64,000 bases of DNA from Candidatus Latescibacterota bacterium (GTDB lineage: Bacteria > Latescibacterota > UBA2968 > UBA8231), in the NCBI GenBank assembly GCA_965197905.1, contig CBDAOB010000005.1, forward strand, positions 1,696,001 through 1,760,000, given 5' to 3'. Both the position numbers and the translations under genes were made by a program. This document shows positions 20,812 through 30,171 of this stretch, one piece after another; within the stretch, counting starts at the first letter, position 1; each line of letters opens with the position of its first letter. Under the pieces are notes generated by a model, which had not been told where the DNA came from, searched no databases, and was given only the letters and a program-made list of their open reading frames with translations.

Positions 20812-21597
20812 TCAGCTCGCGATCGTATTGTTCCTCGTCGCCCGGTTGCGGGTCATGTGATGGTTCCAACCCCGCAAAGTCAAGCGCTCATCCGGGTGAG
20901 TGACCCCCTCTTCCATGCGGTCATCTCCCGAATACATCTGCACCAACACGGTCTTACGGCTCTTGTTGGAACGATTAGGCATCGAACCGTGCAACGTGAG
21001 ATAGGAGAAGAAGACCACATCGCCGCGCTCGGCTTCCAGCACCGTCGCGCCTTCAATCGGATACTTCTGTAACGTCTCCTGCGCCGTATCCGTCTGCCCC
21101 CCGGTGCCCAGCACACGTCCAAGCTCGTGAGAGCGCGGATAAACCCGCACGCATCCCATTTCGTCGGTGGCTTCGGTGAGATGAATGATCGCCGCCATCA
21201 TACTGTCTTTGACGGTGGGGAAATAGGACCAATCTTGATGCATCGGAAAGGGCGATCCCTTCTCGGGAGGTTTCAGGAACAGCTTGGTATGATTGAGCAC
21301 GATGTCGGGTCCAAGGATCTCACCTACCGCGTCCAGAAAGTGTGGGTTCTGGATGGCCTGTAGCCAAACGGCCGAGTAACGATGGACATTGTGGGTGTGA
21401 AGGACCTGGTCATCCTTCGATTTTAACTTCTCGACATTCGCTCCCCTCCAGGTCCCGTCCGTCAACTCTTCCGTAGCTTGGATCTGTGCGGCGATTCGAT
21501 CGAACTCTGCTTCCATTTCGTCCAGTTCGCTGCCCGCGAACAATCCTCGAACGACACAGTACCCGTTCCGGGTGAATTCGCCAGCTATTGTCTGCAT
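20812..21597 (-). CDS. Phytanoyl-CoA dioxygenase (PhyH) family
   Basis: FPMHQDW, GDVVFFSYLTLHGSMPNRS..R. Confidence 0.9.
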   Translation of the reverse strand: MQTIAGEFTRNGYCVVRGLFAGSELDEMEAEFDRIAAQIQATEELTDGTWRGANVEKLKSKDDQVLHTHNVHRYSAVWLQAIQNPHFLDAVGEILGPDIVLNHTKLFLKPPEKGSPFPMHQDWSYFPTVKDSMMAAIIHLTEATDEMGCVRVYPRSHELGRVLGTGGQTDTAQETLQKYPIEGATVLEAERGDVVFFSYLTLHGSMPNRSNKSRKTVLVQMYSGDDRMEEGVTHPDERLTLRGWNHHMTRNRATRNNTIAS

Positions 21598-21840
21598 ATG
21601 TAGAATCTTGCGCGGGAACTGGCGAGCCCGGTGAAAGTTGTGGTAGGGGGCGCGTTGCCAGCGCAAAAACGGCCGTGCCGACACCACTGCGTCCAGGAGC
21701 AGATCATCGCCGTGAGCAGCGAAACCCCACAGGACGAGCAGGAGAAGCAAACTTCAGCGCATGCTCGCCGACCGTCCTTTCGCGATTCTACGGGGCATGG
21801 GAACCCCTCCTGTCTCGGTAGCGGAAACCTCCAGGCAACG

Positions 21841-21877
21841 AAAAAGTGCAGGGGTAGCTTGAAATCTACCCCTGCAC
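21841..21877 (-). terminator. Intrinsic terminator
   Basis: Perfect 12-bp stem GTGCAGGGGTAG/CTACCCCTGCAC plus U5 on the minus strand, just downstream of the 21911 stop. Confidence 0.85.
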
Positions 21878-21910
21878 GACCATACTTACATCCTACCCTC
21901 GCGCTGCGGT

Positions 21911-23869
21911 CTACTTCAGCAGCGTCATCGACTGCGTGGCCGAGAAGTCACCGGCCTGCATGCGATAGAAGTAGACGCCGCTCGACACAGGCTCGCCGTT
22001 GGAATCGCGCGCGTTCCAGGTGACTTTGTAGGCACCTGCCGCCTTGAAATTATCGACGAGCGTGTCCATTCGTTGGCCGGCCGCATTGAACAGGTCGATC
22101 TTCACGTGGTCGTCGGCCGACACAGTGAAGTCGAAGGCGGTCTCGGGATTGAATGGGTTGGGATAGGCGGCACCCAGGCTGTAGCTGTCCGGCGTACTGG
22201 CGCCGCCCACCTCTTCAACGGCCGTGACGTCGGCACCCATTTTCCCCGTCTGAATGTCAAACGGTATGTGCATAGCCATATTTGGAGTCCACGGCTCGGT
22301 GGTGTCAAACGACCTGAACGTGTGCGTTTCGATGTTCCAGGAGGTGCCCCAGATCATGCCGTCATACGGACCGGGGCTGCCCGCATTCGGTCCGTCGTAG
22401 GGATCGCCGCCCACCCAGGACCTATCGTTCTGAATAATGGTGGTCTGTCGGTCTCTCTGCAACCTGAACGGTCCGACCTCAGGACCCGCGAAGATGTTGA
22501 ACAGTCCCGTGCCGTCGCGGCCATAAACCATTTTGTAAGCGCCGTGAATGTTGTGCACCGGGCTGGCAACCGCTATTCTCTTACCCCCTTCCGGCGTCAT
22601 TTTGATGACGAGGGTGAACGCGCCTCCGGCGGCGGCGTCCGTAAAACCGAGATTGGCGGCGCGCTCCTCGGAAAACTGGTCACCGAACCCGTCTCCCGGG
22701 CCGTTGGCCCAGATGACGTTGAAGTCGTGATCAAGCTTGATGTGGGTGGTGGCCCTCCAGCCATACGCATAGAGGCCGGTTTCGTTGACGGCGACGGCCG
22801 ACGGACCGCCGGCACTGAAGGTCTCGGTGCCGTTGTCGTCGACGCGGTGTCGGTAGAAAAACTCCCGATGCTGGTCGACGTTCTGGAGGAATTCGCCCGT
22901 GGCTTTGTCCCAAACACAGACGGAGGGGGCGGTGGGATCGCCGGTGCTCCAGTTTGCCGAATAGAGTTTGTCCTTCCAGATGTTCATCGACAGGGCCCGC
23001 TCCGTTTCGGGCAACGGCAATTTAGAAAAGCCGTTATCGGCGAACGACGGGTCCAGATCCAGCGTCTTGGCGGCGTCATTGCGTTTCATCTTGTAGATGC
23101 CGCAATTCGGGCCGTTAACGGTCATTGATATGTAGAATGAACTCGGATCCGCCGCGTCCGGGCGAATACCACCGACGCTATCGCCGCGCTCGAGCATCAG
23201 GAGCGATTCCTCGAAATTCCAGTGCTCATAGCCGGTGGGGTTGGCAAGGTAGTCCGTGCCCAGGGTGCCGCGGACCAAACTCCCCCAAAACTGTCCGCGA
23301 TCTGGCTGCGGCGAGTGAGCCAAGTGGACCCAGATGTCGTTGTTGCGCAGATCGAAGATGGGGTCGGGCATACCGAGGGCGCTGGGCCCAACCAGCGCTG
23401 CCTGATCCAGGTTGTTGATAGCTATGACGTCGAATTCGTAGTTGCCAGGGCCCGCCGGCTCACCGTTCCAGTCCCGACCGTCCCACCTAACGGAGTTGTT
23501 GCCCGCCTCGACGACAATGCCGCCGGGAGTTGGCGCCACCGCCACGAACTTGTCCTGAGGTTGGAGGCGGATCCAGGCACCGTTGGGACCGGTGGCACCG
23601 GTCTCGTTGGAGCCGATCTCATATATGGCGATCCACACCGTGGCACGCTGGTTCAACCTGAAGGGAATGTTCACGTCGCCGCTGCCGTTGTAGGGGACAT
23701 TCGATGCGCTCAGGCGCAGGGGGTTCGGCGTGGTATTCCTGAGGGGGGCAATGATCTCTTGTAAGTTTTCCGGGGGTGGGTGGGGGCTTGGAAAGGTCTC
23801 CGCCCAGGCAGTTCCCACACCAATCACACCCAGCGCAAAAGCGAATAAGCCAATTTGAGGTAACTTCAT
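21911..23869 (-). CDS. Secreted protein with N-terminal FlgD-like Ig domain and C-terminal FlgD/Por-secretion tail
   Basis: AAGGAGG RBS; signal peptide; WDGRDWNGEPAGPGNYEF; C-terminal YPNPFNPET..SSGVYFYRM..MTLLK. Confidence 0.85.
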   Translation of the reverse strand: MKLPQIGLFAFALGVIGVGTAWAETFPSPHPPPENLQEIIAPLRNTTPNPLRLSASNVPYNGSGDVNIPFRLNQRATVWIAIYEIGSNETGATGPNGAWIRLQPQDKFVAVAPTPGGIVVEAGNNSVRWDGRDWNGEPAGPGNYEFDVIAINNLDQAALVGPSALGMPDPIFDLRNNDIWVHLAHSPQPDRGQFWGSLVRGTLGTDYLANPTGYEHWNFEESLLMLERGDSVGGIRPDAADPSSFYISMTVNGPNCGIYKMKRNDAAKTLDLDPSFADNGFSKLPLPETERALSMNIWKDKLYSANWSTGDPTAPSVCVWDKATGEFLQNVDQHREFFYRHRVDDNGTETFSAGGPSAVAVNETGLYAYGWRATTHIKLDHDFNVIWANGPGDGFGDQFSEERAANLGFTDAAAGGAFTLVIKMTPEGGKRIAVASPVHNIHGAYKMVYGRDGTGLFNIFAGPEVGPFRLQRDRQTTIIQNDRSWVGGDPYDGPNAGSPGPYDGMIWGTSWNIETHTFRSFDTTEPWTPNMAMHIPFDIQTGKMGADVTAVEEVGGASTPDSYSLGAAYPNPFNPETAFDFTVSADDHVKIDLFNAAGQRMDTLVDNFKAAGAYKVTWNARDSNGEPVSSGVYFYRMQAGDFSATQSMTLLK

Positions 23870-24049
23870 GGAGTTTCCTCCTTGGGGTTCGGGTTTGTTA
23901 CGATTTAGGTGGAAATCGACGACCCTACAGTGGGCTCCTTTTTCTGCCACCTCCTTTCGAGACCACCAAAGCTTGGTTTTAAGATTCTTCCTTCGCATCT
24001 CTCAGGAAGAATGCAGACAATTTATTTTTTATGTAGACGATTTGCCCAT

Positions 24050-24078
24050 ATAATGTTCTTTTCCTTCAAAGATGTCAA
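24050..24078 (-). promoter_or_regulatory. Sigma70-type promoter
   Basis: TTGACA-N17-CATTAT on the minus strand upstream of the 23869 gene. Confidence 0.55.
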
Positions 24079-24424
24079 TCAAATCTGATTGTTCCGGCCA
24101 TCCCGCCTACGCTCCTTCAAATAATCGCGGTTTTCACATTGCGAAAGAACCGCCGCGATAGAGTATCTTCCAATTTCTCTATCATTCGTCTTTCTCAGTT
24201 CATCTCTGCGTCGTTCAGCCTGATTGCCCACTTCCCCCTCTCCGTTATCACCAGGCGTGGAGGCGTTTCATCGGATCGGCAGCCACGGGGCTGTGCTCGA
24301 TTGAAACGGTGGTGATAAAACCTGCTGTACTTAGGTCTGTGGGACAGGGCAAATACTGACGGGATTTGGTTGCCATCATCAATACAACCACTGGCTCCCT
24401 TGGGTCCCACTATGGTAAGAGAAT

Positions 24425-24453
24425 CGACGGCCCCCCCAAAGGAGGACCCGTCG
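24425..24453 (-). terminator. Hairpin downstream of the displaced tRNA 3' end (probable original tRNA terminator)
   Basis: CGACGG..CCGTCG stem with G/C-rich inner arm followed by ATTCTCTT on the minus strand. Confidence 0.5.
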
Positions 24454-24492
24454 GAGCCGGTAGGGCCAAATAGGCGTGAATATGGGTTATAT

Positions 24493-24539
24493 TGGTGAGC
24501 CCGGTGGGAATCGAACCCACGACCAACGGATTAAAAGTC
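24493..24539 (-). repeat. att site: displaced 3' half of tRNA-Lys
   Basis: 42/47 identical to 37251-37297, from the anticodon arm to CCA. Confidence 0.92.
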
Positions 24540-24668
24540 GTTCCCTTCCCCGTTTATCCAGCCTATAACCACGTTTACTCTCTTTGCATAACCCTCTGAT
24601 TACCAGGGCGTTACGGAGATTTGTTTGTTGAAGTTGCGTCAATCGGCGTGAATCCGTATTCTGTCTTT

Positions 24669-24691
24669 GTGCTGACATAGTGCTGACACAG
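24669..24691 (+). repeat. Putative integrase arm-type sites (left)
   Basis: GTGCTGACATAGTGCTGACACAG, 21/23 identical to 37181-37203. Confidence 0.75.
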
Positions 24692-24702
24692 GAAACAGGA
24701 AC

Positions 24703-25860
24703 ATGCTGACAGAGCGCATTGTTCGGGACGCCAAACCGGAGCAGAAAACCCGCATCCTGTGGGATGAAAAGGTCACGGGCCTGGGCCTGAGAATCACCGC
24801 GCGGGGCGTCAAATCCTTCGTCTTGAACTATCGCGTCAACGGTCGCGAGCGCCGGATCACCCTTGCCCGGGCCGGCCAAGTGCCGTTGAAGGTCGTCCGC
24901 GACCGGGCGGCTGCGCAACTCCTGCGCGTCCGGGACGGGGAGGACCCGCTCGAACGGAAGGAACAGCCGGTAATGTCGGCGGCCGTCGCCCGGTTCTTCG
25001 AGGAGTTCGTTCCGCACCGTATCGAACTGGGGAGGATGACCGAACGGACGGCGGCCGACTATCGGGCACAGTGGGCCCGGCTGTCCCCCAAGTTGGGGCG
25101 CATGAGGGTAGCCGACGTTCGGCGCCGTCACGTCGAGCAGGCCATTGCGGCGGGAACCAAGGAAACCGTGACCCGCAATCGCTTGTTAGCCTTGTTGTCC
25201 CGGTTGTTCACCTTGTTCGAGACGTGGGAGTACCGCGAGCAGCATAACAACCCGACCCGCGGCATCGAAAAGGCGCGAGAAGAACCCCGGGACCGGGTGT
25301 TGTCGGGTGATGAGTTGGGAAGGCTGGCCAAGGCGCTGAACCAGCATGAGCACCAAAACCCGGCCGCCGTCGCGGCGCTCCGTGTCGCGGCACTGACCGG
25401 GCTGCGGATCGGCGAGATCCTTGCGATCAAGTGGGAACATGTCGACTTCGAGGCGGGCCGGCTGACGCTACCGCAGACCAAAACCGGGAGGAGGCAGCAC
25501 GACTTGCCGGCTCCCGCGCTCGACGTGCTCCGCCAGCTTCCCCGGGAATGTGAATGGACGTTCACCGCAACGGGCCGGGCGCCATGCACATACAAAAACG
25601 TAAATCTTCACTTTCAGCAGGCATGCAAGGCTGCCAGTATCGAAGGCGCCCGTCTGCACGATCTCCGGCGAACCGCGATGACCCGGGCGGCAGCCGCAGG
25701 GATCGGGGTACACGTCCTGCGCGACCTTCTCGGTCACCGAACGGCGGCGATGGCGGATCGATACATCCGCTCCGTTGGCAATCCTGTGCGCGAGGCTCGG
25801 GAGCTGGTCGGGGCGGAGATAGCGGCGGCGATGGCCGGGGAGGGTGGCGACCGTGGATAA
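24703..25860 (+). CDS. int: Tyrosine integrase with N-terminal arm-binding (DUF4102-like) domain
   Basis: LWDEKVTGLGLRI; TGLRIGE, TKTG, HDLRR, LLGH, RY catalytic residues. Confidence 0.95.
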   Translation: MLTERIVRDAKPEQKTRILWDEKVTGLGLRITARGVKSFVLNYRVNGRERRITLARAGQVPLKVVRDRAAAQLLRVRDGEDPLERKEQPVMSAAVARFFEEFVPHRIELGRMTERTAADYRAQWARLSPKLGRMRVADVRRRHVEQAIAAGTKETVTRNRLLALLSRLFTLFETWEYREQHNNPTRGIEKAREEPRDRVLSGDELGRLAKALNQHEHQNPAAVAALRVAALTGLRIGEILAIKWEHVDFEAGRLTLPQTKTGRRQHDLPAPALDVLRQLPRECEWTFTATGRAPCTYKNVNLHFQQACKAASIEGARLHDLRRTAMTRAAAAGIGVHVLRDLLGHRTAAMADRYIRSVGNPVREARELVGAEIAAAMAGEGGDRG

Positions 25861-26389
25861 GGATCTCTTCGAGTCGTGCGTACGGATCGCCAAGGCGCGC
25901 CTCAATACCCCTGGGTTGCACCTGACCTCGACGGCAGCGGAAGGGCGAGCAAGGGGCTACCTGACGCGGCATCTTCCGCAAAAGGATCGGCAACAGCACC
26001 TCACCCGATTGATCGACGAATCTCCATACGACAAATCATCGTGGGATGCGCTCGACTTGATCGCACAAAAGCTGATCCGTACGGGGAAGCGGTTTCCCAG
26101 AGAACTGGCGGATTGGACATCGGACGTACTCGCCGACCAGATGGCGAAGCGCGGGGAGAAACGACGGCCGCGTCCGGCCAAGGGGAGCCATAAAAAAGCA
26201 GGCCGGGATTGGAACTACTACTGGCTCGTTGAAGAGCTAGCAAAGAGCGCGAACATGGACCCGACGCGGAATGATGAGACGAAGCCCAAGCGGTCCCCTT
26301 GTGACGCAGTGGCAGTGGCGTCCGGCGTTCCCTACAAGACCGTCGCGCGCATCTGGTCTGACTGTTCTCACCAAATGCGCAACGTGTGA
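25853..26389 (+). CDS. Hypothetical protein with C-terminal HTH-like segment
   Basis: Overlaps the int stop; C-terminus SPCDAVAVASGVPYKTVARIW. Confidence 0.7.
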   Translation: MDKDLFESCVRIAKARLNTPGLHLTSTAAEGRARGYLTRHLPQKDRQQHLTRLIDESPYDKSSWDALDLIAQKLIRTGKRFPRELADWTSDVLADQMAKRGEKRRPRPAKGSHKKAGRDWNYYWLVEELAKSANMDPTRNDETKPKRSPCDAVAVASGVPYKTVARIWSDCSHQMRNV

Positions 26390-26454
26390 GTCTGCGGAGG
26401 CGCTTAATCGGCGGTAGTTTGCCTTTCGACACTTTCAATCGGGAGGCAAACCGG

Positions 26455-26658
26455 ATGAACCGACGTTTCGAGAATGACCGCTACTATCGCACGACTGACC
26501 CCGAGCTCGCGATTGTCGGCACACGCGGCACCATGTCGCAATGGAGACATCGCGGCGAAGGTCCGGTGTTTCACCGCTTCGGTAATCGAGTGCTGTACCG
26601 AGGGGATGATCTGAACAACTGGCTCGACCGGCATCGCGTCGAGCCAGTTGCCGCCTGA
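26455..26658 (+). CDS. AlpA/Xis-like HTH DNA-binding protein
   Basis: GGAGG RBS; TMSQWRHRGEGPVFHRFGNRVLYRGDDLNNWL. Confidence 0.85.
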   Translation: MNRRFENDRYYRTTDPELAIVGTRGTMSQWRHRGEGPVFHRFGNRVLYRGDDLNNWLDRHRVEPVAA

Positions 26659-26659
26659 C

Positions 26660-27565
26660 GTGCAACAGCTCGAGTTAGAGCTACCGATCCGGTTCGCTCC
26701 CCCGAGGGTTCGAGGCCACGGGCTGCAGGCTGCGCATGTCCGGCCGCGAGTGGGCTACAGGGTGCCCCCGGACGGATTTTGGTCTGGCCGTATGCCGGCG
26801 AGCATCGGCTGGACGTTCCCGTTCATCGACCTGATGGACGCCGGCCCCGTGTGGGCGACGCTCACCTTCGACGTGGACAATATCGGGGCTGCCCCTTTGT
26901 ACTCGTTGCCGGCTCCGAATTGGATCACGGCGACGACGCGCGGGTATCATCCGACCTGGTGTCTGCGGGCGCCTGTGGCGAAGCACGACGCCGCTCGCCC
27001 GGCACCGCTCCGCTTCGCGTCTCGTGTGGCCGAGTTCTACCGCCACCAACTCGGGGCGGATCCGTCCTTTTCGGGCATGGGCCGCAACCCAGCAAAGCAC
27101 CCGACCGCGTGGTTGCGGGAACAACCTTACAGCCTGGACGAACTGGCGGAGCCGATCCCGAAGGGGTGGCGGCGACCTCGCAACGCGAAAACCGGCATCG
27201 GGCGCAACGTCGACTTGTTCATGGCAGTGTGTCGCTCTGCGTCAAAATCGTCCCTGTCCTGCATCGAAATCGCTCGCGGTCTCGTGGGCGAGATCTGCGA
27301 GGCGCACGACAAACCCCTGCTGCCGGCCGCGGAGGTTCGGGCGATTGCCAAATCTGTCGAGAGATACCGAGAGCAGTGGCAGCGAGACGGACACAAGCCT
27401 GCATGGATCGAGCGGCAGCGGAGGCGAGGGCGGCTGGGGAAGGGCAAGCCCAAGCTCGGGCAGGTCAACCGGAGCCTGTTCGATGTTGTGACGAACGAGC
27501 AGGCGCGGCCGTGGGAAGCGGAGGGGTGCAGCCGGGCAACGTGGTATCGCCGTCGGCAGAAATGA
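26660..27565 (+). CDS. rep: ColE2-family replication initiator (Replicase + PriCT-1 + HTH)
   Basis: LTFDVD, PAPNWI, GYHPTWCLRAPV, LGADPSFSG..RNP, YSLDEL, GRNVDLF, EVRAIAKSV, PWEAEGCSRATWYRR. Confidence 0.85.
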   Translation: MQQLELELPIRFAPPRVRGHGLQAAHVRPRVGYRVPPDGFWSGRMPASIGWTFPFIDLMDAGPVWATLTFDVDNIGAAPLYSLPAPNWITATTRGYHPTWCLRAPVAKHDAARPAPLRFASRVAEFYRHQLGADPSFSGMGRNPAKHPTAWLREQPYSLDELAEPIPKGWRRPRNAKTGIGRNVDLFMAVCRSASKSSLSCIEIARGLVGEICEAHDKPLLPAAEVRAIAKSVERYREQWQRDGHKPAWIERQRRRGRLGKGKPKLGQVNRSLFDVVTNEQARPWEAEGCSRATWYRRRQK

Positions 27566-27592
27566 GACAAAAGCCAATACAGATAATGTACC
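27559..27592 (+). other. Putative ColE2-type replication origin
   Basis: GAAATGAGACAAAAGCCAATACAGATAATGTACC overlapping the rep stop; shares ATGAGAC/AAGCC/CAGATAA blocks with the ColE2-P9 origin as recalled. Confidence 0.65.
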
Positions 27593-27749
27593 GATAGGGG
27601 GTGGGGCTCCAGCCGCCCTCGGGCGGGTCACCCCTTCGCCAACGGTGTGACGCCTGCCTTACTTTATCCGCTGACCGAGAATCGAAACTAGAAAGGACCC
27701 GAAAATGGACACTCTCGACGACTTGGACTTTCTTTGCATCCCGGCGTAT

Positions 27750-27932
27750 GGCAACCACGTGTGGGCGTACGACTTCGTATTTGATCGGACCCGGGATGGG
27801 AGGCAACTGAAGCTCCTGACGGTAGTCGACGAGTTCACCCGCCAGTGCCTGGCGATCGACGTGGCCCGTAAGCAGAGCTCGCGGGACGTTCTGCGGATGC
27901 TGGCCGGGCTGATGTTGAGGCACGGCATCCCG
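27750..27932 (+). pseudogene. IS3-family transposase (integrase core) fragment
   Basis: NHVWAYDFVFDRTRDGRQLKLLTVVDEFTRQCLAIDVAR..HGIP. Confidence 0.85.
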
Positions 27933-27959
27933 GCAATAGATCGCTCCAGGCGTCGCCGT

Positions 27960-28283
27960 TCACGCGGGCAGCCTTTCCCGCAGCAGCCAGCACCAGGCAA
28001 CGCACCGCTCCGCGTCGCCCAACCAGGCGGCCGCGCCGCCTTTGCCGGGCCTCGCAACGGTACAGCGCACGAGCGGCAGGCTGTCGAGCTCCGGCCGGGG
28101 CCAAATCTCGAAGGCCAGCAGCTCGCCGGTCTCGCTGGCGGTCAGCCGGTATCCGTCGACTAGGGGCGACGTTCTGATGTCGCCGGTCGACAAGGTGACG
28201 TGTAACAGCTCGTTGGCATCCGCGTCGTCTCTGAGGCCAAGGCGGTCCGGGCCGCGGGGAACCTTTCCCGCTCCCGCTTTCAT
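27960..28283 (-). CDS. Hypothetical protein / fragment
   Basis: 107-aa ORF within a rearranged region. Confidence 0.35.
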   Translation of the reverse strand: MKAGAGKVPRGPDRLGLRDDADANELLHVTLSTGDIRTSPLVDGYRLTASETGELLAFEIWPRPELDSLPLVRCTVARPGKGGAAAWLGDAERCVAWCWLLRERLPA

Positions 28284-28383
28284 AAATGAGGCCGCCTCGA
28301 CGGTTTGCTCGATGTCGAGACCGTAGCCGCGGGGGTGTCCGTCGGGTTCCGGGCAGTCTGAACAAGGGAGGCCTTTCCAGGGT

Positions 28384-29271
28384 TCAGGGTTTAACGTCCG
28401 TGGACGTTAAAACTGCCGTCAGGCCGTCGCGGTCCACTTTCTCACCGAGCAGCTCCAACCATTCCCGCTCGGATTGTTCCGCAATGCGCACCGCGCGCAA
28501 GGCGCCGGCCGGCAAGTAGCTTTCCACCGCCTCGCGTACGAGACGACGCATTTCCCCGGCCGGCATCGCCTCCGCCTCGACGGTTTGCTCGATGTCGAGA
28601 CGGCGCCGATCCCCGGCCTTGCGGGGTTTCTCCGGCAAGTCGAACGCGGCTATCTGTTCGGGGTTGATTGCAAGGCGCCGCAGCTCGAGCGGGGTTTCCA
28701 GGTGGCGCCGTAGCTCCGCCTCGACGTGCCGGTCGATCAGCACGCCGGCAGGGTCGAAGTCGCCCAGGAACAGCACCACGGCGCGCGCGCGGCCGGCCGC
28801 GTCGATTTCCTGCGCCGCCTCGTAACACAAGGTGGCGCTCGAAAATCCGCCGCAGGGGTAGAGGCTCACCGCCAATTCTCTGCACGTCGTCTGCAGCACT
28901 CCGGCCAGGCTCCGGGATTCGGTCCACACTTCGACGCGGGGCAGGTCCGGTCCCCACAGTTGCCCGCGATACATGCCGGCGACACCCTGCAGAAAATCGC
29001 CGGGGCTCTCCCAGGCCGAGACGTGAAAACCGCGTCGCGTCGCGTCGCTTATCCAGCCGTACGGGATACGGCCGGACCTCCGCAGCCGCAGGCAGCGCCG
29101 GATAATCAGCTTGTATCCGTGCTCCGTTTTGTCCACCGGCTCCGCAAGGCGGGGGTTCGTCATCCGGTAAAACAGATGACGGACGGATTGCGGGCGGTCC
29201 GCGCGCAGGACCTCGATCAGTTGCTCATCGAGGGTGTCGAGTTGCTTTATGGTGCGCCGGCGCCGGTTCAC
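28384..29271 (-). CDS. Topo VI-A/Spo11/JetD-like Toprim protein of mobile elements
   Basis: SVRHLFYRM wHTH; VEVWTES, GFSS, LFLGDFDPAG, RLAI..QI, EAEAM; GTGA overlap with the TIR stop. Confidence 0.75.
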   Translation of the reverse strand: MNRRRRTIKQLDTLDEQLIEVLRADRPQSVRHLFYRMTNPRLAEPVDKTEHGYKLIIRRCLRLRRSGRIPYGWISDATRRGFHVSAWESPGDFLQGVAGMYRGQLWGPDLPRVEVWTESRSLAGVLQTTCRELAVSLYPCGGFSSATLCYEAAQEIDAAGRARAVVLFLGDFDPAGVLIDRHVEAELRRHLETPLELRRLAINPEQIAAFDLPEKPRKAGDRRRLDIEQTVEAEAMPAGEMRRLVREAVESYLPAGALRAVRIAEQSEREWLELLGEKVDRDGLTAVLTSTDVKP

Positions 29272-29705
29272 TGTGCGCCGCCCTTTTGTCCGTTGCGCCG
29301 CCTCGACGGCCGCAAGCGGGCGCGTACGGCGCCGATGCCGGCCTCGATGCAATCGCGCGCCACCTCGGGCGTGTGCTTCCGGGCGCACTCGTAGATGATG
29401 TCCGTCGGCAGACCGGGCACTGGCGTGTCATCGAAGCGAACGGGAAGGATGTACTCGTCCTCTTCCTCGATCATGCGGCTAAGGGCTGACCGCCTTTCAT
29501 GATTGGGCCAAACCTTTGACACATAGGCTTCGGAAATGAACATCACGACGTAGGCGCTCTTTTCGGCGAATGCTTCATGGAATGCCTCCACGGCGCTCCG
29601 GCCCCAAAGATCGACCTTTTCGAAGCCGTCGTAGAGAGCGATGGAGCGGCTCTGCAGATGGCGCGCGACCTCTTCCTTCGGGCCGTTCATCAGAATTGTG
29701 TTCAT
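29268..29705 (-). pseudogene. TIR-domain protein, N-terminally eroded
   Basis: LYDGFEKVDLWG, YVVMFISEAYVSKVWPNHER, YILPVRFDDTPVPGL; first beta strand not seen. Confidence 0.75.
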
Positions 29706-29715
29706 TACATCACTT

Positions 29716-30131
29716 CTACGTCGACAATCTTGTGAGTGGCGCGTCGGCCTCGGCATCCTCCCTTTGTTTGACCGGATCGACGATGACGATCTTCATGACG
29801 GGCGCCGGTTCGGTGTTCGTGACTCGCGCGGTCACGTCCAGGTGCTTAAGGGAGTATTGCTCGGGATACTTGCGCTCGAGCAGCCAGGCGGACGCGGTCC
29901 ACGTCGGAGGCCGCGTGATTTCGACGACCTCCTGAAACGTCACTTTCTGGTCGTCCCCGTCGCCTGCCGTCCGAGTCGTCTTCCGCGTCTCAACGGACGA
30001 CTCGTTGGCCGTGTCCTGGATCTTCTTGAGGTGATGGGCGCGAAAATCAGCCTCGGCCCTTTTTAGCTCGTCCGAAAAATCCGAATATTGCCCCCGGGCC
30101 TGCTCCTGGCCCTTCTGTTTCCACCATCGTT
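29716..30131 (-). pseudogene. Terminase small subunit-like protein, 5' end interrupted by IS
   Basis: YSDFSDELKRAEA..WTASAWLLERKYPEQY motif typical of phage TerS-like proteins. Confidence 0.5.
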
Positions 30132-30171
30132 GGTAGTGCGTCATTTATGGCAAACTGAAATAATGCTTGAC

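Noticed and set aside
24493..24539. Second tRNA-Lys gene
   Set aside because: Lacks the 5' acceptor strand and D-arm; it is an att remnant
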